Origin: Nemertoderma westbladi
Lineage: Eukaryota > Animalia > Xenacoelomorpha
DNA: 64,000 bases
Direction: 5' to 3'
NCBI GenBank assembly: GCA_032718475.1
Contig: JAUCBJ010007596.1
Location: forward strand, 1-64,000
Positions within the stretch are counted from its first letter, which is position 1. Every line of letters starts with the position of its first letter. Both the position numbers and the translations under genes were made by a program. Positions 12,101 to 24,914 of the stretch are shown here, piece by piece. Under the pieces are notes generated by a model. The model did not search any database, had not been told where the DNA came from, and saw only the letters and a list, made by a program, of their open reading frames with translations.

Positions 12101-12932
12101 ACGGTTGCCTAGCTATCCGGAGCCCCGGCACTGCTTCATGGACACGACGCTGACGGTGAACGTGGACGGGAGGGGCTACGAGTCCGGTCTCACTCGGGTG
12201 GGCAGCGCCCCCTTCCGGACGGTGACGATACGCGACGCGATGGGGGACCTCCCGGGGATACGTAACGGCGCCAACGCGGACCCCTTGGCATACAGCGGGA
12301 GACCGCGGTCCCACTTCCAGCGGTTGATCCGGGGCTGCGGGGCCAAACATCTGTTCGACCACATCTGCAAGGAGATGAATCCGCTAGTCGCTATGCGGAT
12401 GTCCCTGATACCGACAGTTCCCGGGGCCGATTGGCGCCATCTCCCCAACATTAAAGCCCAACTATCCGATAAATCTTGGTCGGAGGAGTTGACATACTCC
12501 GTTCGCGACTCTAAGAACGGTGATAGCGAGAAAGGTGCGTTGCGGGGCGTGTGCCCCTGCGCCCGGGGCGCCCAATGCGACCCAATGTACCGGCAGACCA
12601 ACACCATCATCCCGTGGTGTCTGCCGCACACGGGGAACCGACACAATCACTGGGCCGGGCTGTACGGCCGCCTCGCCTGGGAGGGTTTCTTCTCCACGAC
12701 TGTGACCAACCCGGAGCCGATGGGGAAGCAGGGCCGTGTGCTGCACCCCGAGCAGCACCGAGTAGTCAGTGTCCGTGAGTGCGCGAGATCCCAGGGGTTC
12801 CCGGATACCTACAAGTTCGTGGGTTCCGTCCTCGACAAACATCGACAGATCGGTAACGCAGTGCCCCCACCGCTGGCTGAGGCCCTCGGCGTTGAGATAC
12901 TAAAGTCTGTGATTGCTAAGCAACTCGACTGA
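9195..12932 (+). CDS. DNMT1: DNA (cytosine-5)-methyltransferase 1-like, single uninterrupted ORF
   Basis: PIP-box-like RQLTLNDSF, RFTS domain (CCEC...VYDKKKHVCPFD...ELYLSGYVK), two BAH domains, and intact MTase motifs: LDVFAGCGG, WAIE, GGPPCQGFS, LENV, QTRRRA, RECARSQGFPD, QIGNAVPP. First in-frame ATG at 9195. A possible acceptor (TTCAG, 9174-9178) means an upstream exon cannot be excluded. Confidence 0.96.
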   Translation: MMTSKKERTTTFTYCQVDLYNIQESRNNEVIHKDVDIPSTSGNSDNVGGSKRQLTLNDSFNKTPKKRKICAGTNPLEPNRNREAERCCECRQVLNDTLLSLQFNDCIEMKEQLVLHKVLGGCLDEEDTPTVLINNFTVYDKKKHVCPFDKDLIENNVELYLSGYVKGIGEEGPGVAVKGLGPLSSWWFMGDNTDSQSPGISNTAPGVSTDTVDYYLQEPSDQFKPFMSSVIVKSHLSNVVINFLLENTDPEYEDLINHIESVVPSDKVPVTRYSEDLLMEHLGFILENVREYDEEYPDDPFSETRCIQYLKEWEPVELEIEKENVARKPVARRHKKSQSVSKKATSSQATLSSVVLSTFESYLPKYIIEERGSRIHSEEPDEGSSSISEGIDKLAISLCGKEAEWMGPPLSVEGGRSFYGGFVSRGVRVEVGEFVNADGNPERVVRESREVSGNRVGKVLYLYGKGSRRFAHCGWLVYARDTILGDTADSRELFCVDECEDVPLEKIKSVVSVVYKRPERFGTEEVVERNCYFYKLRYDAKYGRFDDIPVDEGSEADYCYSCNEKYKRDSYEKPAVSEFLKRESKVNGLDCYKTFTYKGFTYRVGDCFYAAPKTIKFDFKLKVKSSVSTPSIGLHDEKKFPEMYRKTDHVKGSNANCPAPLQIARIKSIYLLHDEVKLECGKFYRPGDTHGGSELESSEDLNCLYYSEEAVVLRCAAAVVGPVRVVYADKLADDTDKLFRFECFYFSEMFDAESRGFTEPPEAAKRFYNSDEVDKEIEVRGNVEKLRSLDVFAGCGGLSEGFHQSGVAETRWAIEMDQSAAGAFRENNPGATVYAEDCNKLLRSAMDGDLVSESGLRLPERGQVDLLCGGPPCQGFSGMNRFNTKEYSVFKNSLVPTYLSYCDFYRPRFFLLENVRNFVSFKNSVVLKLTMRCLVAMGYQCRFAVLQAGHYGVSQTRRRAILLAAAPGERLPSYPEPRHCFMDTTLTVNVDGRGYESGLTRVGSAPFRTVTIRDAMGDLPGIRNGANADPLAYSGRPRSHFQRLIRGCGAKHLFDHICKEMNPLVAMRMSLIPTVPGADWRHLPNIKAQLSDKSWSEELTYSVRDSKNGDSEKGALRGVCPCARGAQCDPMYRQTNTIIPWCLPHTGNRHNHWAGLYGRLAWEGFFSTTVTNPEPMGKQGRVLHPEQHRVVSVRECARSQGFPDTYKFVGSVLDKHRQIGNAVPPPLAEALGVEILKSVIAKQLD

Positions 12933-15900
12933 TATGTAACCCAACTGTTGAGATCGTTTCCTGGACTACTAATATAAGTGTAAGGACTAAGGAGTCAAGC
13001 TTTTTGTTTTTCGAGGAACTCCTAACATTTTAGGTAAGTGCTTTATTAATAGGCAACGTCATTCGAATTGTTTAGTGGTCGTTTACATTTACTATATATT
13101 TTTGACATATTACTTGACATTATCTTTTTCTGGACATCGTTGAGAGGGAATTTGTCAGATTATGAATCAGCAATTCTATTTTTGCAATCTGAGAGTTGAG
13201 TATTCCCAAAATTCGTGACTAAAGAGTCAGAAAAAGCATGCCACAATATTAAAAGCAACATTTTTGTTAATCAAAAGTATGCAAGATGGGGTTATGTTGT
13301 AATCCTAGAATCCATTCAGTGTCCATTAGAAAATATTGAGATAATAGAACCAGAACAACCCACACAGCATTAATGGTGTAAAATATCAGAGGTAAAAAGA
13401 ACCCACACAACATACACACAAGTCGTGGAAATTCTGTGGGTTGTTCTACCTCTCTGATAAAATCAGCCCTATGATAAAATTAAAACAACCCACACTGGTA
13501 GAGAGTAGTTTTAATTTTCATATTTATCGTGAACCAGCCCCTATTTTATAATTTACTCATTTTTACTTCCCAGACCTCGAGACCTCCGTGAAAAAATAAT
13601 TATGAGATGCAATCCACACACACACACAAAATGAAAGTATCTCTAAATAATACTTTTTGGTGTGTGTTGCTCTGGCTCTGTGGTCACGATATGTCTTATT
13701 TATTCATTAGAAATATAATGTGAAAGTTCGGGGCATCCATAAATACCATCACGACATTTTTGGAACATTTTTCTACCCACCACTACCTTCGCCCATTGTC
13801 ACTAATTATCCCTCACTGGCAAATTTTAAGATATTTTTGAGTTTTATTAGTTTTTTGTTTCCTGTTAGTGTTAAATATATATTTATGCAATATGTTTTTC
13901 TGCTTAAACGCTTAAATTCTCTTATTTTATTCATTAATGCTTTTATATTCTGATATTCGCCGTAAATATGCTATGTTAACTTATAGCTGCAGCCAGCCTA
14001 TATTATTATCTTACAATTACGACAGATTCAATTTTTACTATCTATATAATATGTTTAGAAACATCTGCCTATTTGTGAATTTAAATTTCCGTATCATTTC
14101 GGTTCGGTATTCTTCCGTATCTGTTCGCGTGTTCTCCCAAACTTATGGGTCTGTGCAATATTTCGTTGTTCGTCGTATCAATTAATTCATTTATTATCGT
14201 AATAATTAATTAGTTATCATTATTATTGTTGTGTTATATTCATTTTATTCATAGTAATTATATTGGTTTTTATTGATTTGACATATTAACATCAATGTTT
14301 TAATTAATTGATTCAACTAGTTATTAGATGGACCTACGATGGTGGTTTATAACCAGACGCGAGCGAGATTTATTGTGTACCAGCATTTTAGGAAGTGCTT
14401 GACTACTGACTTTTCACGAATAACACAGGTGTAGTGATCAGTATGGCCGTCACCTGACTGTCATACTCGTGACTCGATACACCTTATAATCCTTCAAAAA
14501 GCATGGAATATTACTTAATATCACTTAATATCCCGCTGGGATGATGAGCGATAATATTATTGTTGTTAAATAGCAAGAATAATAAAGTCTGTCTGTGGGT
14601 CGAATGAAAAATAGCGCCCCTCTCAGGTCTTATTACAGCAGTTTTAACGGCATATGTTTTGTGCCACCATACCCGATGTAAAAAGCATCATTATTTTCAC
14701 TGTTAGACGCGGGCGAAGTTTGCTGCGTAACGTTTTACGAGGACTCAGTAATGAAACGAACTTATGTTCCATGCCATGACCTGATACAATTATAGTTTTA
14801 TTGATGTAAATTAAAAGTTAGTTAGTAATTAAAATATTAAAAGTTAGTCAGACAGGCAGGCCGTAGGTCACCGGTTAAACTGAAAGTTATTATTGTAGTA
14901 GTTTGGTCATTCAACAAAAGAAAACCCAACAGAACCGCGTTCTTGCCGAAAATCGTTTATGAATAACCGGTTTATTGAAAATCACTGAAAATTTAAAAAT
15001 ATTGACAACTTATCAAAACCCTTGCCAAGGACTGCATACTAGTCAGTCAGAAACACTATTTTAACACAGTCAATGAAAACCAATAGTAAGTAACAGGGCA
15101 AGGCTTTGTCCAAAATGAATAATTTTTGATATAAGGGTCAATCGATAACTTAAGGTTGATTAAAATAAATTTTTTTGTAATTTAGTTACAATAAGCTCTT
15201 ATTTAGTAGCCTAATATTATTACTATTAGGTAATAAAAACACTAAAACACTACAGTAGGCTTACTCTTCGAACAAACACTACAGTAGGCCTACTCTTCGA
15301 ACAAACATTAGTTATATAACTAGTTATTTCGTACAGTATATATAATTAGGATATAGTGTTGAATAAAAGTTTTTGGTCAAAATGTTTTTATATTGATTAT
15401 TTCCAATTTTATTATCAAATTAATTAATTATTTTCATATTTTTTTAAAAAATTCGCATTTTTCACATTTCGAAGCCAATAAAATGAGTTAGGATCAAAAT
15501 TTTAAAATTCGTGACCAATACTTTTGAAGACACCAAGCTTGTGATTATACTGTGTCCAAATTTCATCAAAAAATATTAAAAATTGGCAGAAGAGTAGCAT
15601 TTTCATTTCGTAGGAATGAAAAAATTCCATTCCGAGATAATTGCCTTTAAAGTTTGAACCTTCCCGCGCAAAAACTGTCTGTTAATATATGAGAATGTCT
15701 GTCAATAGATATCTAGCAAGAAGAGGCACAAACTCATTCTAAGATTTTTGCTATGGGGTTTTCCTGGTCGCTGATTTCATTTCTGAGGTCAGTTTTCATT
15801 TTAATGAAATCTAGTTTGTCTGTATGTCTGTCTGTCGATCTTTCTGACTATCCGACATCTGTTGTCAAATATAAGAAAATGGCACACCATCAAGCTAAAT

Positions 15901-16783
15901 GTTAAGCTATAGGGGTTTTCCTTGTCGCAGAATTCATTTCGAGTGTCAATTTTAACATTTGATGACTTCAAAATTGTCTGTTTTTAAGTTTTTTTTTGTA
16001 GTATTTGTAAAAATATTTGTTGTAAAAAATTATTGAAATAGCGCTAACCCCCCCCCCCCCCCCCCCCCCCCCCTTAACTTCACAAAAACGTATGATTTTT
16101 ATAATTATTTATTTTATACTTTATATTATATATATTATAATATACTATATTATTTATGGTAAATAATGTAGAACATTTGTTTTCACTCGAGATATTTCAT
16201 TTACCGAGCGTAGTTGGTCTGTATGCCTGTCTTTCCGTCCAAGTAAAAGAAAAGCACACAACCATATCAACACAACATATTTTGACGCACAGACCGACAC
16301 CGACAGGCATACACACAGACACCATACCGCCGAATTTGAAAACAACTGACATCGGAAATTAAATCACCGACAGTCAAGGAAAATCCCTGAAAGGCATTTT
16401 TTTAGGCAGATAAATTGCTTTCCAATTTTTTACGGACAGACAACCATATCTCGAGAAGAAAAAGAGATCTTCCTGTCCTGTACCGATGTAGAAAGAGTCT
16501 CAGTTTAAAAAAGTCTCTCCGGTACTCTGGGCACTGACACAACGTGTCGTGTGAATCCCGTAGAGAAATATATCAGTTTAAAGAGTCTCTCTTGGGTAGT
16601 AGTAAGAGTAACACGAGGGAAGCTCGTAGGAAAGGTTCACATGCAGGTCGTCGTCTACAGTTAGATAGTGGTGTAACTGAAGGAATTCCCAAAAATTAAC
16701 CTGCACTGCTGCACTCCAATAATATGGAATCCGAACAGCACCAATAATGGGTACGTACTGGCGTAACTGCCTGGTAGGCAGTG

Positions 16784-17515
16784 GGTACGTACTAAAAAGC
16801 GGAAACACCTAGTTTAAGGACGGAAACATCTAGAAACACCTAGATTTATCAAGAATCAGGCAGAAAACTATGGTTCGCTATATTTTTTCAGCGAAAATTC
16901 AACATTGATTAAATGTCATAATTAACTACAGTACAGTACAGTACAAGTACATATCTGTTAAGCTCTGGAAATTTGATCGGGAGTTTTAAATTGCAGAATT
17001 GATTCAAGCAGTAAGTAGAATGAGTAAAATACAAAGCAAAAAAGGCTTGGTTGAACATAACAAGAAGTAAAAGTAAACCCGAGAACAAAGTAGGCGAGTC
17101 CAAATAAATCCGGAATGGCAGACTGAGTCCAATAAACTCGGTTCATTTAGACTCCATGTGGTTTTCACCCAACGGAGCTTTTTTCGCTTTGAATGCTACA
17201 CAGTACTCATCGTGAAGCTCTCAGGTTGTGTTTATTCTGACTCGTTCCTACAGTAGTCTAGTCTATTACCGGTGTATTTCACTGCATTACTGGGTGAATT
17301 GTTATCAATTCTGCAATTTAAAAATCCCGCCTGGTAAACATAACAACGGACATACAGTATTTAAATAATTATGATGCTTAATTTCGAATTTTCGCCCAAC
17401 AAATATACCGAACCATTGTTTTCTGCCTCAATACAGTATTTAAAAATCCAGGTGTGTCTAGATGTTTCTGCCATTAAAACTTGTTTCCAGGTGTTTCCGC
17501 TTTTTAGTACGTACC
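16784..17515. mobile_element. Non-autonomous TIR DNA transposon (MULE-like MITE)
   Basis: TIR GGTACGTACTAAAAAGCGGAAACACCT / AGGTGTTTCCGCTTTTTAGTACGTACC. Imperfect 9-bp flanking repeat (taGGCAGTG / gtGGCAGTG). Confidence 0.75.
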
Positions 17516-18352
17516 GTGGCAGTGACGTCTTCATCTGTCTTGACTGCAGGGTGCTGTTGGGTTTTTGGCATTACTCGGTCGCTACCGAGATTGTGTAATA
17601 TTTGGTTTGATATATGAGTAATGTATGAACCATGCGCTGCATACTGGTGGGAGCCGCTAGTGAGAACATTGTGAATGAGTGAGAATATTATAAATTTATT
17701 CTATAATATTGTATTCTAGACAATATTCTATTTGAATATTATTTATTTCTCGACAAAAACCGCTTTCATGGAAGAGTTAATTATGTCAAAATTAATTATA
17801 TGGTCAAATTGTGTAACCCATATAGTAGGCCTAGTTACTTTTTACTTATAATATTTAATTATAATTTGGTAGGCCTACATACATGGAAGTCTACTTTATT
17901 TAGGACTATTATTTTCATATTTGAGATTGTTATGGGTAAGTCTAAGAGGTTGGAACGATCAGGATAGTTTGTCCTTAACATTTGTGTCTTACGACCTACA
18001 CGTACACTACACACCCTGCCGTGAACGTATCTTTGTAAATTCCACCTCTTTTTGTTTTATCCCTCCAAGAATATTGATTATACCTCATATTATAACTAAG
18101 AAGTTGTTGGATGGAAAGGTGTAAAGGTTCTGACAAACTGTTTTATTATCTTCTCTCTAGTGGTATATAAATGAAACTGTAAGTGAGATTAGTAGATATA
18201 TTTACATGCACCATTCTGCGGTTGATATTAGTATTTGTATTAGTCTAACAATACCCCCTCGCAATGAATGATACTTGCACTAACGTAACGCTAAGTTTGT
18301 ATAACACACTCATGCAAATATATCTCGCGTAATTATTTAATAATATATATAT

Positions 18353-20339
18353 CTAAATATGTATAGTGTATTGTTTTCCACTTATTAAAGTTTTTGTAAC
18401 CGTATTAGTTCGTGGTGGATGATCTGTGTTCTGCGATACGGGTTGTATTATTTCTTCCCTTTCTCCTTCTCGACGTTGATGTGTCATTCCTTCTTGTAAT
18501 CGACTTAATCTTGGTTGTCTATTTGTAGATGGAGGAAGTTGTAGACGTGTTCTTCTTTCTTCTTGATGTATCCACGGGGTGTTTCTTCTTCGTAGCTGAT
18601 TTACGTTCCTTTTCAACTCGATATCTCCAATGCGAACTTTGTACACTCGTGATCCTTGGTGAGCTATAATTTTCCCCGGTAACCAATGTTCTACAACCTG
18701 ACCTCTTCCTTGCTTTGCGTAATTCTTTACCCACACAGCTTCGCCCGTGTCGAATTTTCCTTTTGTTTCTGTGTGAGGATTGACCGGATAGTTGATTAAT
18801 CGTTGTAATCGGTTTTTAATCTGCGCTTTAAATATTGTCGCATTTGGTGTAAAACCTGTAGGTGAGTAAATGGAATTTCTATCTTGTAATAGAAAGTCAC
18901 TTATGCGATCGTACATTGGTTTATCATTTCCTTGTTTCTTGAGCGATTGTTTCATCGTTTGTACCATTCGTTCAGCTGCTCCATTTGATGATGGTGAATA
19001 TGGTGCTGACGTCCAATGTGTAATTCCATTGTTGGTAAAGAATGTTTCAATCTCATTTGAAACGAATTGAGGTCCATTATCCGTAAATATAATTTCCGGT
19101 ACTCCAATGAAAGATAGAATATTCTTCAATTGGGAAATTACTGCAGTGGATGTTGTAGTTTTAATTAATCGTATGTCTTTCCAACCTGAATAAACATCAA
19201 CTAATCCTAATAGCTGACATCCTTCCAATTCTGCTAAGTCTATGTGGACTCTTTGGAAAGGTTCAGTTGACTTTTGTAATGGCGTGTACGTCTTTGATGG
19301 CGAATTGGCAAATTGCTGACAAGCAATGCATGGCTGTATGTAAAGTTTGATATCTTCTGCCATCCCTGGCCACCAACAAACTTCTGATACTTGATGTATC
19401 ATGCGTTTTTCACCAATATGAGCTGAATGAAGTTCATTTAGAATCTTCGTACGTAGTATTTCCGGAATAATAATACGCGTTCCATGTATTATTATACCTT
19501 CATTAACTGCTAATTCATTTTCAATCGATTTGTAAAATCGTAATTGAGGTGTTCCTTTGATTCCATGAATACTTTCTCCACATTCAATAGCATTCTTTAG
19601 ATGTCCTAAAGTACTATCAGTGTGTGTAGCTTCTCTGATATTTTGTTTACTTATAGGAAAGTCGTCAATAAGTTGTTTACGTTGTAAATCTATACTATGC
19701 AAATCAATATCGTCATCGTAATATGTTGAAACTGATGGCGGTGTAAGACGTGATAACGAATCTGTGATGTTCTCGTTTGATCTTACTGTCTCAACTGTGT
19801 AATCGTAAGCGGCTAACTCAACTGCCCAATGTTGTAATCGTGATATCGTTGTAACTGGTAATGATTTCGAAGGTGATAATATCCGTTTCAAAGGAGCATT
19901 ATCTGTAATTAATTTGAATTTTCTTCCGAGCAGATAGTGTTTGAATTTTCGTACACCAAATATTATTGCTAATCCTTCTCTATCTAACTGAGAATAAGCT
20001 TGTTGTCTTTTATCTAAGTTCTCAGATGCGAATGCAATCGGTTTAAATTCACCCTCCTCGTCTTTTTGTCCAAGTATTGCTGATACTGTATATTCCGAAG
20101 CATCTGTTATAATTAATGGTATTCTATCTGGATTGTAATGGTGTAAAAGTGTTGCTTGCGCAATAGCTGTTTTAAGTAAGTTGTAACTTTCTGTAGCTTT
20201 CTCATTCCATGTAAATGTATTGCCTTGTAGTAATTTATACAATGGATGGGATAATTCAGCATATTTGGGGATGTATTTTCGTAAATAATTCATTGTACCC
20301 ATCACACTTTGTAATTCCTTTTTCGTGGAAGGTATTTGT
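18353..20339 (-). pseudogene. Gypsy pol 3' half: RT thumb, RNase H, integrase
   Basis: TDASEY and YSQLDREGLAI (RNase H); HSAH...CIAC, HIDL, TDNGPQF and SNGAAERMV (integrase). Joins in frame to the 5' half (AIQEL|QIPS) once the 20340-22564 insert is removed. Confidence 0.9.
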
Positions 20340-22561
20340 GGGGCGAGACACGTATGGCGAGCCATCAGCGAACTGATATAATTATACTATGGCCGTTTCT
20401 CAAAAGTCTGTGTGTGACGTGTGTGTGTGTGTGTGTGTGTCGGTAGCCATAAATGTCGGAAGCCATAATCGAAGTTAATATCTTCAGCTAAATTGTATGG
20501 TTGAATCGAATTATTTCGATTCTTCTATCGGTAATTAATTATTTAGGGGGGTAACATTTATCCCATCTGGTATAAAATTAACATGGGTAGATTCGCCGTG
20601 TCCCATTCTATCAAAGTCTTTACTTTATACTCGAGATTAATGTCAAGTTTTATAGTTATTTATTGATTTACAATTAAAATTGCATTTTTATCAATTAATT
20701 CACACGCAGGCTCTAACCGCCTAATGACAGTCAATACGGAGTAATTCCTTCCCGTGTCTTAGCAACGCTGAGAATGTCCTGGCCTGTTAGAGGCAGACTG
20801 CTGCTGGTTGGGGATGGTAGGATAGCATTAATTCCCTATCCATTCACTCACTCTCCATAGAACTGGCTGACGGGGGGGGTGTGTGTGTGTTTAGGTATCA
20901 GTTATTCAATGACATTAATATTATTACTAATGAAGGAATAGTGCTCCTTCAATACATCTCAACAGACATCAATTCATTGCCTGTGCCTACCAACGCGTGC
21001 TCCATAACATAACAACATATATCCTTGATTTCCATCACCTCTCACCACAATTATTATTAGTAATTAAAAGTTTCAATTCGGTTTGTCGTTCCGTTATCTG
21101 GTTATTCAGTTATTGCATTATTAATAAATAAATGTTTTAAAATATATCTTACGAAATATGGTTAATAAATTAAAACTTGTCGCTAACATTCTTACTATGG
21201 GGGTTTTAAGGAGTGCTGATTACATTTCTGATGTCAGTTTTCACGTTTACATAAATCTAGTCTGTCTGTCTGTCGGTCATTCTGTCAGTCAGTCTGTCAA
21301 AACATAAAAGAGAATTAAAATTAACTAACATTCTCGCTATGGGGGTTTTAAGGGATGCTGATTTCATTTCTGATGTCAGTTTACACGTTTACATAAATCT
21401 AGTCTGTCTGTCTGTCGGTCTCTCTGTCAGTCTGAACTACTGTACTGTGGTTGGCATTACGCCATATACCTAACACTAATAATACAGTCTACAATACAGC
21501 CTATCTACAGTACAGAATGGATTTTTTGCCACGAAGAGCAATAAATGTCATTAATACTATCCACCAGTATACCTACTCCAAGAGCCTTCCAATAAAACAT
21601 GTATTCCAGCATGACGTCCACTGCACGTCTTCGTGCTGTCCATTGTGACGTGCAGTGGACGTCATAGGCTCTAAGGGGTTAAGCAACACGGTCCCTACTT
21701 CGCCCTGTCGACACCCCAGCCATTTTTCACCAATCCTTTTTTAGAGTTTTTTAATTTTTTTGGTATTGGTGAAAGTTCTACAACATTAGTAGATATGTTT
21801 TTTATGATAGCTAGTGATTTTTTGCTAGCTAGTATTTTTTGAAATTATAAAAAATGTGAAAGTCCATGATATTTCAGGTTAAACTGTTGAAGAATATATT
21901 AATGACCAAAATAATTTCCAAAAATTACTAGCCAGTAAAAAATACTAGCTATATACCATTAAAAATCTACTAAGGTTCTAGAATATTCACTAGTATAAAA
22001 AAAGCACTCAAAATCACAAAAAATAAAGGTTAAAAAACTCATTCGGGACCCTTTTGCTTAAGGAGTCAAAATTGTAGAAAAAATTCCCGAAGTTTGCGAC
22101 GTTTGCGAAATTCGCGAAGAATCCGTCAGTTTCTGTGCCCTAATGGTTTCGTGACGAAACAATCAAATCTTACACACTTAACAAACGCGAACTAATTAAA
22201 TGTGTGTATTAGTATGCATGAATCATTAAATAGAAATTAAATTAATGAACGCTATTTCAACATGAAATCTACGGAATCAATACACAACACACCCACACTA
22301 CTGAATTTAAAAATTTATATAGATTGCAACTTATATTTGGCTACCTTTTAGGCCTAAATGGGTGACTAATTTAATTATTCACCCATATATATTTGTAGCC
22401 TTTTTAATTTGTGCCTCTAATTGAATCAAACATTAAACTAAAATATATGTCACAATATTGGTCTGTCGGTAGCTGGTCAATGAATCTCTCATAAATTTGT
22501 TAATTAGTCGCTGCTCAGTCATTGAACATTTGAACACGTGCTGCTCGAAGACCCCACAACG
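20340..22561 (+). mobile_element. TGT-family element inserted in Gypsy pol
   Basis: Starts GGGGCGAGACACG, has a (TG)n microsatellite, ends TGCTGCTCGAAGACCCCACAACG. TGT at 20337-20339 and 22562-22564. Excision restores the pol frame. Confidence 0.85.
21683..22057. mobile_element. Small TTAA-flanked MITE (Kolobok/piggyBac-like)
   Basis: TTAA|GCAACACGGTCCC ... GGGACCCTTTTGC|TTAA with internal inverted repeats. Confidence 0.5.
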
Positions 22562-22564
22562 TGT

Positions 22565-24720
22565 AACTCTTGTATTGCTGTCACTTTTCTTGGATCAGCC
22601 GTAAATCCCTTGTCATTTATTATGTGGCCACAGAATTCTATTTCTGTTTGCAGGAATTGACATTTCTTGAGGCCTAAGGTTATCCCTGCTTGTTTGCATG
22701 CCTCAAAAACAGACTGTAATGTCTCGAAATGTTCCTGTATATTCGGTGATCCTATCAGAATTTCATCAACATATGTTACTGATTTAGTTTCATGTAATAC
22801 CCGGTTAACAACCTTTAAACATTTCGAAGCAGCAGGGGTGATCCCAAAGGGTAGTCTGGTTGGTTTCAATAAACCCAATGGTGTAGCTAATGTTAGTAAC
22901 GTTTGACTGTTTTTATCTATGGGAAGCTGATTATATGCGGCTGCCATATCCAATTTTGAAAATATTTTGTTGCCTTGGAATTTCATAGATAACTCTTCAG
23001 TGGTCATGAGTGGAAATTGGTCTTCTATGAGGTAAGGATTAACTGTACTCTTGTAATCCCCACATATTCTCACTGAACCGTCTGGCTTTGGAGTTACCAC
23101 CAAGGGTGTTGCCCATTCTATATTTTCGTTTAACTCAGGTGGAACTAATCTATGCTCTGCTATGTCGTGCTTTAACTGAGCAATGACCTTTTCCTTGAAT
23201 GCCTGCGGTACCGTTCTGGCCTGTAAAAATTTTGGTTTCGTATTCTCATCTTTTAAACGAATGCAGGTTTCTTGCCCTTTGTAACAGCCAATGCCTGTAA
23301 GAACGTCCCGATATTCTTCCAGTAAACTTTGTAGTCGTTTGTCGTAACCCTCAGAATTTATCACTTGGTGTACCTTAGTAATATCCTGTTCTATCATGTC
23401 ATCTATGCTGTAACCCATTAATTTCATTCGTTTGATCCAATACAAACCGAATAGTGGTATGTGTTCACAATTTTCAGCAACAATAAGTGGCATTGCGATC
23501 AATTCTGGCGCATTCTCTATTTTCACTGTAACATAAATTACGCCTCGTATTTCCGCAATCCCTTTGCAAAATCCTCGTAATTTTGATGTACATTCATGTA
23601 ATTGTTCATTGCTGAATTTGTTTTTGTATATTTCGTATGATATGACACTGTGTTTTGCCCCTGGATCATATTCCATTGTAAGAGGTATTTCATTAATTCG
23701 TGTTTGTAACACGATCGAATCCACTTTTGGAAGCTGTACTTTATCTATGGTATGTGGATCGCTTATTTCCGTACTTTGCAAATATATGTTATCGTTGTTT
23801 CCTTCATTGTTATCTCCCATAACATTCTCAATGTCTACAGCATGGGATGTAGGTTTTTTGTCCTGAAAGCGAACACTTTTAGTCTTTTGTTTTTTAATGC
23901 ACGCTTTTTCTACATGACCTTTTATGTTGCAAAATGAGCAAACAATGTTAGGATTTAGTCGACAATGGTTTGATTTGTGTCCTTGTTTCCCACACCGATA
24001 ACATGTTATAGAATATTGATTGTAATTTTCTGTAGATTTGTAAGGTTTATATGAAGGAGATCTTACCTTTGTATGGCGATATTTATCTTTCGGAAATCCT
24101 GAACTTTGTGTAGTGACGCGAAACGTGTCAAATTCTGGTTCCCTACCTGATTGTGCCACTTTATATGCCTCTTCATAATTTTTTGCTGTAATCAAAGCTT
24201 CTGAAAATGAAATGTCTTTCGCGTGTATTAGTTCTGCTGCAACATGTTCGTCTCGTACCCCAGTAATTAGTTGTTCTCGTAAACGGTCATCTAATGCTTC
24301 TTGAAATTCGCAATTTCTTGAAATATTTCTTAGACGTTTGGCGAAATCCGTGATGTTTTCTCCCGATGTCTGAGTCGCTTGTATGAATCGTTTTCTTTCG
24401 ACTTCTTTTGATTTACCTTTTCTGAAATATTTTGTAAGTGATTTTTCTAAATTTTCGAATGGTTCTTTAGAAATGTCTGCTGGAAACATCAAATCAGATA
24501 GTAAATCTAAAGTTTGTAAACCACAATTGGCGATGAACATGTTTGTTTCAGCCTGTAATATTTCGTTCGGTTCCATTAAATTTCCATCGGTTCTTCTCCA
24601 TGTAGTTGTACGTAGAATTGTATTGAACATTAATAGATAAGTGTCCCATCTATCTGAATCTGGATTAAATGCCTTGCAAATGTTTGTAAATTTAGTTCCC
24701 ATTGCAGGTGCGTTTGCCAT
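22565..24720 (-). pseudogene. Gypsy gag-protease-RT 5' half
   Basis: Two CCHC knuckles (CYRCGKQGHKSNHC, CSFCNIKGHVEKAC), protease-like EYDPGA, RT motifs RICGDYK, SKLDMAAAYNQ and RLPFG. Catalytic YVDD reads YVDE. Confidence 0.9.
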
Positions 24721-24914
24721 TCTCGTAAGTTTGTACCGTAATTTGAGTTTGAGTTACACAATCACAATTAATTATCAAAGTTAATTTGATTTGTAAGATT
24801 TCAAATTGTAATTTGAAATTAAATTATGTAATTAATATATGTAAAATGTGAATGTGAATCTGTACTCGCAGCGCCAATGTTGGATGGAAAGGTGTAAAGG
24901 TTCTGACAAACTGT

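Noticed and set aside
9608-12842. Numerous overlapping ORFs on both strands within DNMT1
   Set aside because: Shadow frames of a GC-rich coding sequence with no recognisable motifs.
9195-12932. DNMT1 as a TE-captured or viral gene
   Set aside because: No enclosing TIRs, LTRs, TSD or viral genes were found around it, and the protein is of animal DNMT1 type.
21611-21665. 19-bp perfect inverted repeat (ATGACGTCCACTGCACGTC)
   Set aside because: Adjacent to AAGGGG|TTAA; best explained as the subterminal palindrome of a piggyBac-like MITE remnant.
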